14,945 nucleotides of DNA from Candidatus Heimdallarchaeota archaeon B3_Heim (GTDB taxonomy: Archaea > Asgardarchaeota > Heimdallarchaeia > Hodarchaeales > Hodarchaeaceae): the NCBI GenBank assembly GCA_003144275.1, contig NJBF01000061.1:1-14945 (forward strand), written 5' to 3'. The notes under the pieces were generated by a model. The model was not told the DNA's origin and made no database searches. It worked only from the letters and a program-made list of their open reading frames with translations. This document shows, piece by piece, positions 1-7,591 of this stretch (positions are counted from its first letter, which is position 1; each line of letters begins with the position of its first letter). A program made the position numbers and the translations under genes.

Positions 1-1
1 A

Positions 2-1582
2 GATAATTTTCAATATTCAAGTCTTATCTCTACTGATCGATCTGTTGATAGTAATTTGTCGGAAATTGATCCATTAGCACTTGAAGAGTTCGTCGATAAC
101 TTTTTTAATGAACAAACTTTGACTGATTTCCAAGCTCCAGGTGCTGTAGTAACTTTCGTTCGAAATGACGAGGTTCTTCTATCCAAAGGGTTCGGATGGG
201 CAAATATTTCTACTAATGAAGAAATCAATCCTAATAGTACTGTTTTTCGTGCTGGATCCGTTTCCAAGTCTTTCGTAGCAACTGCAGTCATGCAATTATA
301 TGAGCAGGGTCTCCTTAATCTCAGTGCAGATATTAATAATTATTTACTCACATTTAAAATTAATGATACTTATCCAGACCAACCAATCACAGTGTCACAC
401 TTATTAACTCATACAGCAGGATTTGATGAAGTATGGAATGGTATCTCTACAAATGATTCGGAAATAACGCCATTGGGTGAATTCTTAGCTACAAATTTCC
501 CAAAGCGCATATTTTCTCCAGGAGAAGTGATTTGTTATTCTAATTTTGGATATGCACTAGCTGGTTACATAGTGGAATTGATAGCTGGTGTTCCCTTCAG
601 TGATTATGTGAAGAGCAACATTCTGGAGCCTTTAGGGATGAATTCATCAGGATTTGAGCAACCAATGCCTCCAATTACTCTCTCCGACGCTGCTCAAGGA
701 TATTCTGTCTCAAATGAGAGTAATTTTGTACCAATTGATCTCTATTATCTCATTCCATATCCTGCAGGAGCTTTTTATACAACTGGTGCCGATATCTCAA
801 GATTTATGTTGGCACACTTGAATGGGGGGACTTATAATAATCAGAGTGTCCTGAATGAATCTACTGTTCAATACATGCATGCGCGACAGTTCTCTCATCA
901 CCCCCAATTAGAAGGTTTTTGTTATGGCTTTTATGAATATATTGAGCCTGATTTTCGTGCCATTCATCATGCTGGGGATTTATACGGTTTTGCAAGTGAA
1001 CTAATGCTATTTCCTGAACAGAGATTTGGCTATTTTATTTCACAAAATAGTGTAGGTACAGGATTACGTGAAGTGTTCACAGCAGTTTTTGTAAATGAAT
1101 TTCTTCCAAGTACTTATGACCCTCCCCAATCGACTGATGATTTCCAGGACCGAATGGATCTTTATACAGGAACTTTTTGGCATACTCGATATCCCCATGA
1201 AAACTATGAAGAATTTAAAGAGGTGATTCCCATATCCAGTATAGTTCTTTCAATCGATGAAAATTCCGCCATATTACTCACCAATTTGACAGAGGGAGAG
1301 GTTTCAATCATGATAGAATGGATTGAAATTGAACCGTTTCTATTCCAATTGGATGGGACAGATATTAAACTTGCATTGCAAATTGTGGATGGTAATATTA
1401 AATACATCTTTTTAGGAATCTCTTCCTATGAGAGGCAAGAGGTTGAACATACTTCGACATCATTTACACCTTTTTCCAGTACAACACACCCCACAACTCA
1501 GTCTACTCCCTTCATCACCCTAGTAGCTTTGTTAATATCTTTAAATATTTTAATTGTTAAAAGAAGGATCAAAAAAACCTAG
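2..1582 (+). CDS. Serine hydrolase, beta-lactamase/penicillin-binding-protein-like family, membrane-anchored at the C-terminus; 5'-truncated by the window edge
   Basis: SxxK (FRAGSVSK), YxN (CYSNFGY), HxG (HHAGDLYGF) and LLTHTAG motifs. The frame is open from base 2 (DNFQYSSLISTDRSVDSNL) into the called TTG at 56, so the true start is probably upstream of the window. Confidence 0.9.
   Translation, partial: DNFQYSSLISTDRSVDSNLSEIDPLALEEFVDNFFNEQTLTDFQAPGAVVTFVRNDEVLLSKGFGWANISTNEEINPNSTVFRAGSVSKSFVATAVMQLYEQGLLNLSADINNYLLTFKINDTYPDQPITVSHLLTHTAGFDEVWNGISTNDSEITPLGEFLATNFPKRIFSPGEVICYSNFGYALAGYIVELIAGVPFSDYVKSNILEPLGMNSSGFEQPMPPITLSDAAQGYSVSNESNFVPIDLYYLIPYPAGAFYTTGADISRFMLAHLNGGTYNNQSVLNESTVQYMHARQFSHHPQLEGFCYGFYEYIEPDFRAIHHAGDLYGFASELMLFPEQRFGYFISQNSVGTGLREVFTAVFVNEFLPSTYDPPQSTDDFQDRMDLYTGTFWHTRYPHENYEEFKEVIPISSIVLSIDENSAILLTNLTEGEVSIMIEWIEIEPFLFQLDGTDIKLALQIVDGNIKYIFLGISSYERQEVEHTSTSFTPFSSTTHPTTQSTPFITLVALLISLNILIVKRRIKKT
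1448..1579 (+). other. Ser/Thr-rich linker + TPF + transmembrane helix + basic tail (PGF-CTERM-like sorting/anchor signal)
   Basis: HTSTSFTPFSSTTHPTTQS-TPF-ITLVALLISLNILIV-KRRIKKT: the tripartite layout of archaeal C-terminal sorting signals. Confidence 0.65.
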
Positions 1583-1590
1583 TCACCCTC

Positions 1591-1603
1591 TTTCCGTTTT
1601 TTT
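1591..1603 (+). terminator. Oligo-T archaeal-type terminator
   Basis: tttccgttttttt starts 9 nt after the stop at 1582, in the gap between convergent genes. Confidence 0.5.
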
Positions 1604-1720
1604 CCACAATACAGAACGAGCTCCACATCACGATTTTTATTTCAGGTTGACCTTATAACACAAAAATTTAAACAAGAATCAATGAAAACTTCAGTCCCTA
1701 GTGAAAAGCACCAGAGTTCT

Positions 1721-2920
1721 CTATTCCCATACAGGTGTTGTTGCCAAAGAACCACAAAAAGCGCACGCAATCGGTTTGAAATTAGTTCCTTTCTTGAATG
1801 TCTTAGCAGTGAACACGTGGTAGCATTGTCCACATGCTATTTTTAATGTGACTTTTTCCCAGCGATGTTCGATCTTTTCTGTTAGTTCTCCACCAATAAA
1901 TATCTCTATTGGAACAGGATAATTGAACATAGTCCCTCTACTTGCAATTAATACCTCAAATTTATACTTTACCTTTCTTATTATTGACAAAACGTCACCA
2001 TACGACCTTGGAGCTTTTATCTTTGCAAAAGTATAGACTAGTGATATAGAAATTGAAGTTATAATTGTAATTACTACTAAATATATCCACAAAGATCGAA
2101 ATTGTATAGGAAGAAAAAATGGATCTGGTATCAATGTGATTAATATAATTAGAGGAATCGAAATCTTTGAGGTTTGTAATATGACGATTTCAAAGCTAGT
2201 CTCCTGGATGATACCCCTCTCCTCCTTTTTTATTGTCTTGTCAATCCAAATAGATAGCTCAATAATTAACAATCCCAAAAACACATAATAGCTATATCGG
2301 GTTAAGTAGGATTGAAGCATTGGAAAATTTTCGGTGTTTGTGAGAAATTCGTATATGCCAAAAGGAAGAAAAATTAATCCTCCTTCAATGGTCATTAGCG
2401 ATACTTGGATACTATCATAAACAAGTCTACTAATAAAACGCTCTATTTTGAGTGATTTTCGATATGCTTGAAGTCCAATGAAAGTATAAAACAGACAGAC
2501 CAATATTAAATTGATCCAGGCTACCTCCAGAAGAATTTGGCCACTAAATAAAAAAGAATATTCACTCCTCGTTATTACAGTAGAAAAAATAATGAAATTA
2601 GCCAGCGAGATGACCTCAAAGACTGAGAGTGATACCCATGACTGGATTATTTCCAAAAATAGTCGTAAAACTGGTTGATTAGGAGAGTAAATTTTGGTGA
2701 GGAATTTCCAGATCAAGAAGCTAATAATCAGACTCCACCCTAACACCAGAGAAGAACTAAAAAAGACCATTCCAATTGTGGAAAAGGGTTCAATATGATC
2801 AGGTGCGGGAAAAATACTAATACTGTCCCAGAAATTAACAGCATGTAATACTTGCAAAAAAGTGTAACCGAAAATAAGAGCTAGAGAGAAGAATGACCAA
2901 TAGATTATGATTCTCCTCAT
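1721..2920 (-). CDS. Polytopic membrane protein (about 8 TM) with a C-terminal CxxC-CxxC zinc ribbon, function unknown
   Basis: About 400-aa ORF with about 8 hydrophobic segments, ending IACGQCYHVF...IACAFCGS. ATG at 2920 is preferred; TTG at 2926 is the alternative. Confidence 0.8.
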   Translation of the reverse strand: MRRIIIYWSFFSLALIFGYTFLQVLHAVNFWDSISIFPAPDHIEPFSTIGMVFFSSSLVLGWSLIISFLIWKFLTKIYSPNQPVLRLFLEIIQSWVSLSVFEVISLANFIIFSTVITRSEYSFLFSGQILLEVAWINLILVCLFYTFIGLQAYRKSLKIERFISRLVYDSIQVSLMTIEGGLIFLPFGIYEFLTNTENFPMLQSYLTRYSYYVFLGLLIIELSIWIDKTIKKEERGIIQETSFEIVILQTSKISIPLIILITLIPDPFFLPIQFRSLWIYLVVITIITSISISLVYTFAKIKAPRSYGDVLSIIRKVKYKFEVLIASRGTMFNYPVPIEIFIGGELTEKIEHRWEKVTLKIACGQCYHVFTAKTFKKGTNFKPIACAFCGSLATTPVWE

Positions 2921-3099
2921 CCTCAAAATGTATTTCTTCCTCTAGCAAAGGTCTTAGCATTCAAATATTATTAACTTTTCCAACTTACCTCACTTTATCC
3001 TAGTATTTTTGCCAATTTCCGATATTAGTTCCTTTTAATGAGATAATTCCGATTTAATGACAGATAGAAATTCAAAATCACGTGGAGAAATCCTCTCAA

Positions 3100-3489
3100 A
3101 TGAAAAAAGCATATATTATTAGAAAAGGTGTATCCATAAACCAAATAAAAGATTTGTTACACTTTATTGATAATTATAAGGGTGGAATCATAAAAACGAT
3201 CTATGCAAGTGATGAAACATCCACTGTTGAAAAACTAATGGAAGGTAGTGATATTGCACTATTATTCCTAGGTAAAGAAAATTCCAATAGCAAATTTGAG
3301 AGGGAGATATCATTAACACATAGTCTGGGGTTAAGAAGAGCAGTTTTCACGCTTGATGAAAATGCCTATCCTTCTCTCACTCCAATAGGGATTCCATTCA
3401 TTTGGAAAATGCATTGTGGGTACGTACATAGGGCAACACAGTCCAATATTCTGAGAACCATAAGGGGAGCTACAAAATGGGGTGTTTGA
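3100..3489 (+). CDS. Small TIR-like (flavodoxin-fold) domain protein
   Basis: ATG at 3100 (GTG at 3082 is the alternative). Pattern KAYII...MEGSDIALLFLG...FEREISLTHSLGLRRAVFTL...PS...GIPFI resembles prokaryotic TIR domains (CAP12/Pycsar-type, ThsB-type), with Glu (codon 3304-3306) at the expected catalytic position. Confidence 0.55.
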   Translation: MKKAYIIRKGVSINQIKDLLHFIDNYKGGIIKTIYASDETSTVEKLMEGSDIALLFLGKENSNSKFEREISLTHSLGLRRAVFTLDENAYPSLTPIGIPFIWKMHCGYVHRATQSNILRTIRGATKWGV

Positions 3490-3781
3490 TAATCACTCGT
3501 CCTTAGTGGCTGCGATTAAGAGTATTTCTGAAACATTCTTCTTAGTTTTATTGCAATAGGATTAGAGGGGAGGATTCCAGAATATGAAATAATATACAAT
3601 CTTCTAATGTATCACTAATTCCTCCAATGGAAATTTTACACCAAAATACGAAATGTCAAGCTAGCTCTTCCATAGGTATATGGCAAATTTAGTCACACAA
3701 CCAGAATTTCCTGCTAAAATCGTAACCAGCTTCTTTCGTTGTGTTCTTTTTTTCAAATCTCGCTTGAAAATAACTCATAAT

Positions 3782-4549
3782 TTATTTGATCGACCGAAGA
3801 AAAAACTTGTTGATCAATAAATAGGTAACAATTATCACTGCAATCAAACCCGCGGATTGGATCATTAAAAAGATAATTACTTGATAAACGGCCGCTACTA
3901 TCGGATTTTCCCCACCAATAATCATACCAGCGAGTAGTCCAGGTATGGACACTATTCCTAAAATTGTTACTCGATTGATAGAGGGGTTAAACGGCGTTTT
4001 AAATGCATCTTGGAGGAATTGATGAATTGCCATTCTAGGACTTGCGCCTAATGATAGAGAGGCCTCAATTAATCCTTAATTTTTTATAAAATCCGACGTT
4101 AAACGTTCCGACGTCATTGTGGTCCAGATCATCGCATTTGAAATGACCATCCCTCCCATAGGAATTAAATATTCTCCTGTTGGCTCTATAATCCCCAAAA
4201 TTGTCACCAACCCCATAACACCTAATCCTCCTACAGAAAGAGCAATGATTTCAATTTTTAAAATATCCACGTACTTGTAATGTTGTCGTGCAGTCAGTGC
4301 AGAAAAAATAGCCATACCCAGCATATAGAGATAGATTATTACTAGATTTCTTGAGTTAAAAATTAAGACCAGAACCAATGCAAGTAACACAAGTTGGATT
4401 AACCCCCGGACATAACTTATAAAAATAGTTCTAGTCATTTGTAGTTACTGCCAGAATACGATGAATAAAATAAAGAAAAGTAGTGTTCCTGAAAGTAGAA
4501 TTCGAATCAGTATTTTCCAAAACTCACTCTGACTTATTATCTCTGCCAT
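3782..4549 (-). pseudogene. fetB: UPF0014/FetB-family ABC permease, 255 codons with two in-frame TAA codons
   Basis: One frame runs from ATG 4549 to TAA 3782: MAEIISQSEFWKILIRILLSGTLLFFILFIVFWQ*LQMTRTIFISYVRGLIQL...IPMGGMVISNAM...DFIKN*GLIEASLSLGASPRMAI...GIVSIPGLLAGMIIGGENPIVAAVYQ. Internal stops are at 4447-4445 (codon 35) and 4078-4076 (codon 158). This joins ORFs 4076..4438 and 3782..4033. Confidence 0.9.
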
Positions 4550-5327
4550 TGGTTATTTTCTCCTTTTTAAACAGGTCTATGATTTGATTTTCCGAGTAGG
4601 TGGAAAAAAATTCTTTTGTTGATGCTTGAGTTTCAATTTTTCCATTTTTTAGAAATATAATTTCATCTGTCAGTCTTTTGGTTTGCTCAAGACTATGAGT
4701 AACTATAATAATCTTAATCTCATCTTCCTTCACCAGCTTGCCGAGTGTTTCCTCCACGATCCTCTCTGAAACAATATCTAGAGATGATGTAGGTTCATCT
4801 AATAATAAAACACATGGTTTGTTAGCTAGTGTTCGTACTAAACATACTCGTTGTTTTTCTCCTCCCGATAGGTCGGATACAGTGCGATCTATGTATTTTA
4901 AGGGGCTTAAATCCACTTTTCTTAGCAAATTATTAATCTCTTCAAAGGACAAGGGAATGTTCCAAATTTGAGGACCATATTCTACATTGGCTTTGACTGT
5001 GCCAGGAAAGAGGAAGGAACTTTGATGGAGGAGACCAATCTTTTTTCGTAACTCTCGTGACGGCTGGGTGGAATACTGATACCTTTGATTGAGAATAATT
5101 TCTCCCTGAGAGGGTGAAATCAGTTTGTTTAACAAACGTAAGAATGTGGTCTTCCCACTTCCAGATGGTCCAACAATTCCTGTTATACCTTCGTCTTTAG
5201 TGATGGTAACATTAATATTTTTTAATATTTGCGTAGTTCCAACCGAATAAGACACATCGTTAAGTGTTAATTGTTTAAAGGAAAGAAACTCCTGCAAAGA
5301 AGGGGCCACCTCTAAGTTAAGCTTCAT
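4524..5327 (-). CDS. fetA: ABC transporter ATP-binding protein, FetA-like partner of the UPF0014 permease
   Basis: Walker A GPSGSGKT, Q-loop, signature LSGGEKQ, Walker B LLLDE, H-loop VTH are all intact. It overlaps the reconstructed permease start by 26 nt. The symbol rests on adjacency to the FetB-family gene. Confidence 0.85.
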   Translation of the reverse strand: MKLNLEVAPSLQEFLSFKQLTLNDVSYSVGTTQILKNINVTITKDEGITGIVGPSGSGKTTFLRLLNKLISPSQGEIILNQRYQYSTQPSRELRKKIGLLHQSSFLFPGTVKANVEYGPQIWNIPLSFEEINNLLRKVDLSPLKYIDRTVSDLSGGEKQRVCLVRTLANKPCVLLLDEPTSSLDIVSERIVEETLGKLVKEDEIKIIIVTHSLEQTKRLTDEIIFLKNGKIETQASTKEFFSTYSENQIIDLFKKEKITNGRDNKSE

Positions 5328-5473
5328 AAAATTACGAATTCTGCCAAATAATTCGTTTTAAAGAATGTTTCTCCTTCAGACTAAAGGATTTTGAAAAAAG
5401 GTAAGATAACTAACGTCTATACATTTTCTCTTGTTTTTAGCATTACTCACAATATTGAAAAGCTCCAGAACTA

Positions 5474-5617
5474 ATGCAATTGATGGTGAAGTGGTCCTTT
5501 TCACTAAATCCAAGCATTTGCAGAGATAAAGATCTGTTCACAAAGGATGAGGTAGAGAAAATCAATCGTTTAAAGAAATTAGTTAAATCAAACCTTAATC
5601 GTGATATTATTCTGTAG
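5474..5617 (+). CDS. Possible 47-aa small protein or gene remnant
   Basis: ATG 5474 to TAG 5617: MQLMVKWSFSLNPSICRDKDLFTKDEVEKINRLKKLVKSNLNRDIIL, with an amphipathic charged helix. It is not in the supplied ORF track. Confidence 0.3.
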   Translation: MQLMVKWSFSLNPSICRDKDLFTKDEVEKINRLKKLVKSNLNRDIIL

Positions 5618-5699
5618 TAATTACAGGAATTATCTGGATATAGGACATTTGTTTTTTACATTCAGTAATTATAATAAATATGATCATACCTTCACTAAA

Positions 5700-6077
5700 A
5701 TGACGCGATTTCTAGAAAATGTAGGTGATAATTTGCAGGAAATTGATGTTTTAAGATTCATGCTTTTCAGTGTATGTATAATGATCAGTTTTGTCACTTT
5801 TGCAAAGCAGCTTCGAATAAGAGGTCTTTTCGGTACAAGTAACAAGCTAATAAGCATTGGAACACTTCTTTTAGCAACAAGTCTGTTAGTTGAAGCGATT
5901 CTTTCAATTATAAATTATCAAGATGTAGTATGGTTGCCCATTCTTCAGATCTCCATTCTTATTCTAACATTTATCGGATTTGGTTTCATTTTCATTGGTC
6001 TGTGGAAAATTAGTATTTTCTTTGATGAATTAAAAATGGCGACTAAAAAATCTATTGGTCCTAGCAAAACGGATTAA
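5700..6077 (+). CDS. Small membrane protein (3 predicted TM), function unknown
   Basis: ATG at 5700 (125 aa) is preferred over GTG 5601. Three hydrophobic segments. The stop overlaps the next start (TAATG at 6075-6079). Confidence 0.75.
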   Translation: MTRFLENVGDNLQEIDVLRFMLFSVCIMISFVTFAKQLRIRGLFGTSNKLISIGTLLLATSLLVEAILSIINYQDVVWLPILQISILILTFIGFGFIFIGLWKISIFFDELKMATKKSIGPSKTD

Positions 6078-7354
6078 TGATCACTATGAAAAGCGCTGTA
6101 GTCGAAAAGGGTGGTCCAGTTTATTTCTTACTCAATATTTCTGGATTGGCCATAATTGACATTAGATTTACTGAAAACGCTCCTGTAGCAGATTCTATTC
6201 TCCTTGGTGGATTTGTTAACGCGATTTCCTCATTTTCTGACAATATAATGGATAATATTGCAGCTGAAAGTGGTACCCTTAATGTGATCGAACGTGAAGG
6301 CATGAAAATCATGTTTGAACGAGGGCAAGAAGTTGAAGCCATTTTAATCCTTGATAAGGAAAGCCAAATCATGATGGAAAAAATCCGAACCATCATTGAT
6401 TTTTTTGAACATAATTATTTAGAACGGCTTTTAATGGAGACCGTACAGACGAAAAAATATTCTACATTTCGTAGAATCATTCAAAGGTTTATTCCTTCTC
6501 ATCTAGACGAAAATATCATTTTAAAGCAAATAGAGCAAACAAATAACGAGATACGAGTACCTCCGAAATTCACGAAATTAATCAATGCTTTTGATGGTAA
6601 AAAATCAGTTATAGAAGTGAGTCGTTCACTTAATTGGCCCCAGGAATATTGTCTCGCTAGAACCGCAATGCTCGTTGAATTAAAGCATTTACAACCTATA
6701 GATATTGCTATTAAGAATACTGACATCTTTGAAATAGATGCAAAACACGTTGGAATTCTTTTAGAGCAAGGAATAGCCTATCGATCAATCAAAAGACATT
6801 GGAATGAGTGGGGAGTTAAATTTACTCAAAAGATTGATGGTAGACACACACCCGAATTCCTTTCAGCGAATTTTCCTTCTAGAAATATGATGCAAATTGT
6901 TCAACTTGTGCGTTTTTTATCGTTACAGGGATATATCAAACTAATTTCGGACTCTGATTTATTATTCATTATCTTCGAGGAATTTCTAACAACAATCCAT
7001 CAACAGATGGTTGAAATGTTCGGAAAAGATGTTACATTTACATTTTTCGATGTTGTGCTCAATCAGGATTTAGAACGGGCAAAAAACAAGGGAAAAGTAA
7101 TAAGTGTAGCAAAATTAGTTGAAAATTACACAGATAGGCTTTATTTTGACAAACTGGATATCGTACTTAAGAATCGACCAAAAATTATGACACCATTATT
7201 TCAAAATGCCTTTCTCCCCTTCTTGGATATTATCTTGCAGAATCTAGCTAAAATCTTTGGACAGAAAACAGCGATGCAACTAGTGCAAAAGAGTATCGTA
7301 AATACAGAAGAAATTTATGGAGCATTGGTATATAATATTCTCTTTACTTCGTGA
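6077..7354 (+). CDS. Longin-like domain + two winged-helix repeats + helical C-terminal domain (NPRL2-like architecture)
   Basis: aa ~14-140 show a longin pattern (YFLLNISGLAII...DSILLGGFVNAISSFS...LNVIEREGMKIMFERG..VEAILI...IIDFFEHNY). There are two DG-initiated wHTH-like repeats (FDGKKSVIEVSRSL...LVELKHL; IDGRHTPEFL...LSLQGYIKL) and a helical tail with two FG turns. Confidence 0.7.
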   Translation: MITMKSAVVEKGGPVYFLLNISGLAIIDIRFTENAPVADSILLGGFVNAISSFSDNIMDNIAAESGTLNVIEREGMKIMFERGQEVEAILILDKESQIMMEKIRTIIDFFEHNYLERLLMETVQTKKYSTFRRIIQRFIPSHLDENIILKQIEQTNNEIRVPPKFTKLINAFDGKKSVIEVSRSLNWPQEYCLARTAMLVELKHLQPIDIAIKNTDIFEIDAKHVGILLEQGIAYRSIKRHWNEWGVKFTQKIDGRHTPEFLSANFPSRNMMQIVQLVRFLSLQGYIKLISDSDLLFIIFEEFLTTIHQQMVEMFGKDVTFTFFDVVLNQDLERAKNKGKVISVAKLVENYTDRLYFDKLDIVLKNRPKIMTPLFQNAFLPFLDIILQNLAKIFGQKTAMQLVQKSIVNTEEIYGALVYNILFTS

Positions 7355-7591
7355 ATATCTTTGTTACAGAGATTACCAATAATTTCAATTTAATCTTAGA
7401 TTATTCTGGAAAAAAGAGGGATATTGACCATTAGATTATGTATGAAATATACTGAATTTAGACCTTTCTATGTCTCAAGGGTCATTTCAAGTATTCTAAA
7501 AGAACATCACTTATGCTATTATTAAATTAATACTTATCCGTCTATTGAGAAAAAATTTAAAACGCATATGATTCAATATATTTCGACGATA

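Noticed and set aside
2-1582. Antibiotic-resistance beta-lactamase call
   Set aside because: The motifs define only the broad serine hydrolase fold; the third motif is HAG rather than the KTG of class A/C enzymes, and there is no resistance or mobile context.
1642-1833. 63-aa minus-strand ORF
   Set aside because: It overlaps the 3' end of the zinc-ribbon membrane gene in another frame and has no recognisable features.
3782-4438. ORFs 3782..4033 and 4076..4438 as two unrelated genes
   Set aside because: They are in the same frame, and the sequence between and upstream of them encodes continuous FetB-family motifs (GLIEASLSLGASP; N-terminal TM).
3782-4549. Genome-wide TAA reassignment (alternative genetic code) explaining the in-frame stops
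   Set aside because: TAA ends intact genes here (6075-6077, 8366-8368, 9684-9686, 13389-13391), and the long genes contain no internal TAA.
3782-4549. Selenocysteine or pyrrolysine recoding
   Set aside because: These use TGA and TAG respectively; both permease interruptions are TAA, at positions not expected to be catalytic.
5601-5699. GTG-started N-terminal extension of the small membrane protein
   Set aside because: Low-complexity AT-rich translation (Y/N/F-rich) that probably covers promoter DNA; ATG 5700 is more plausible.
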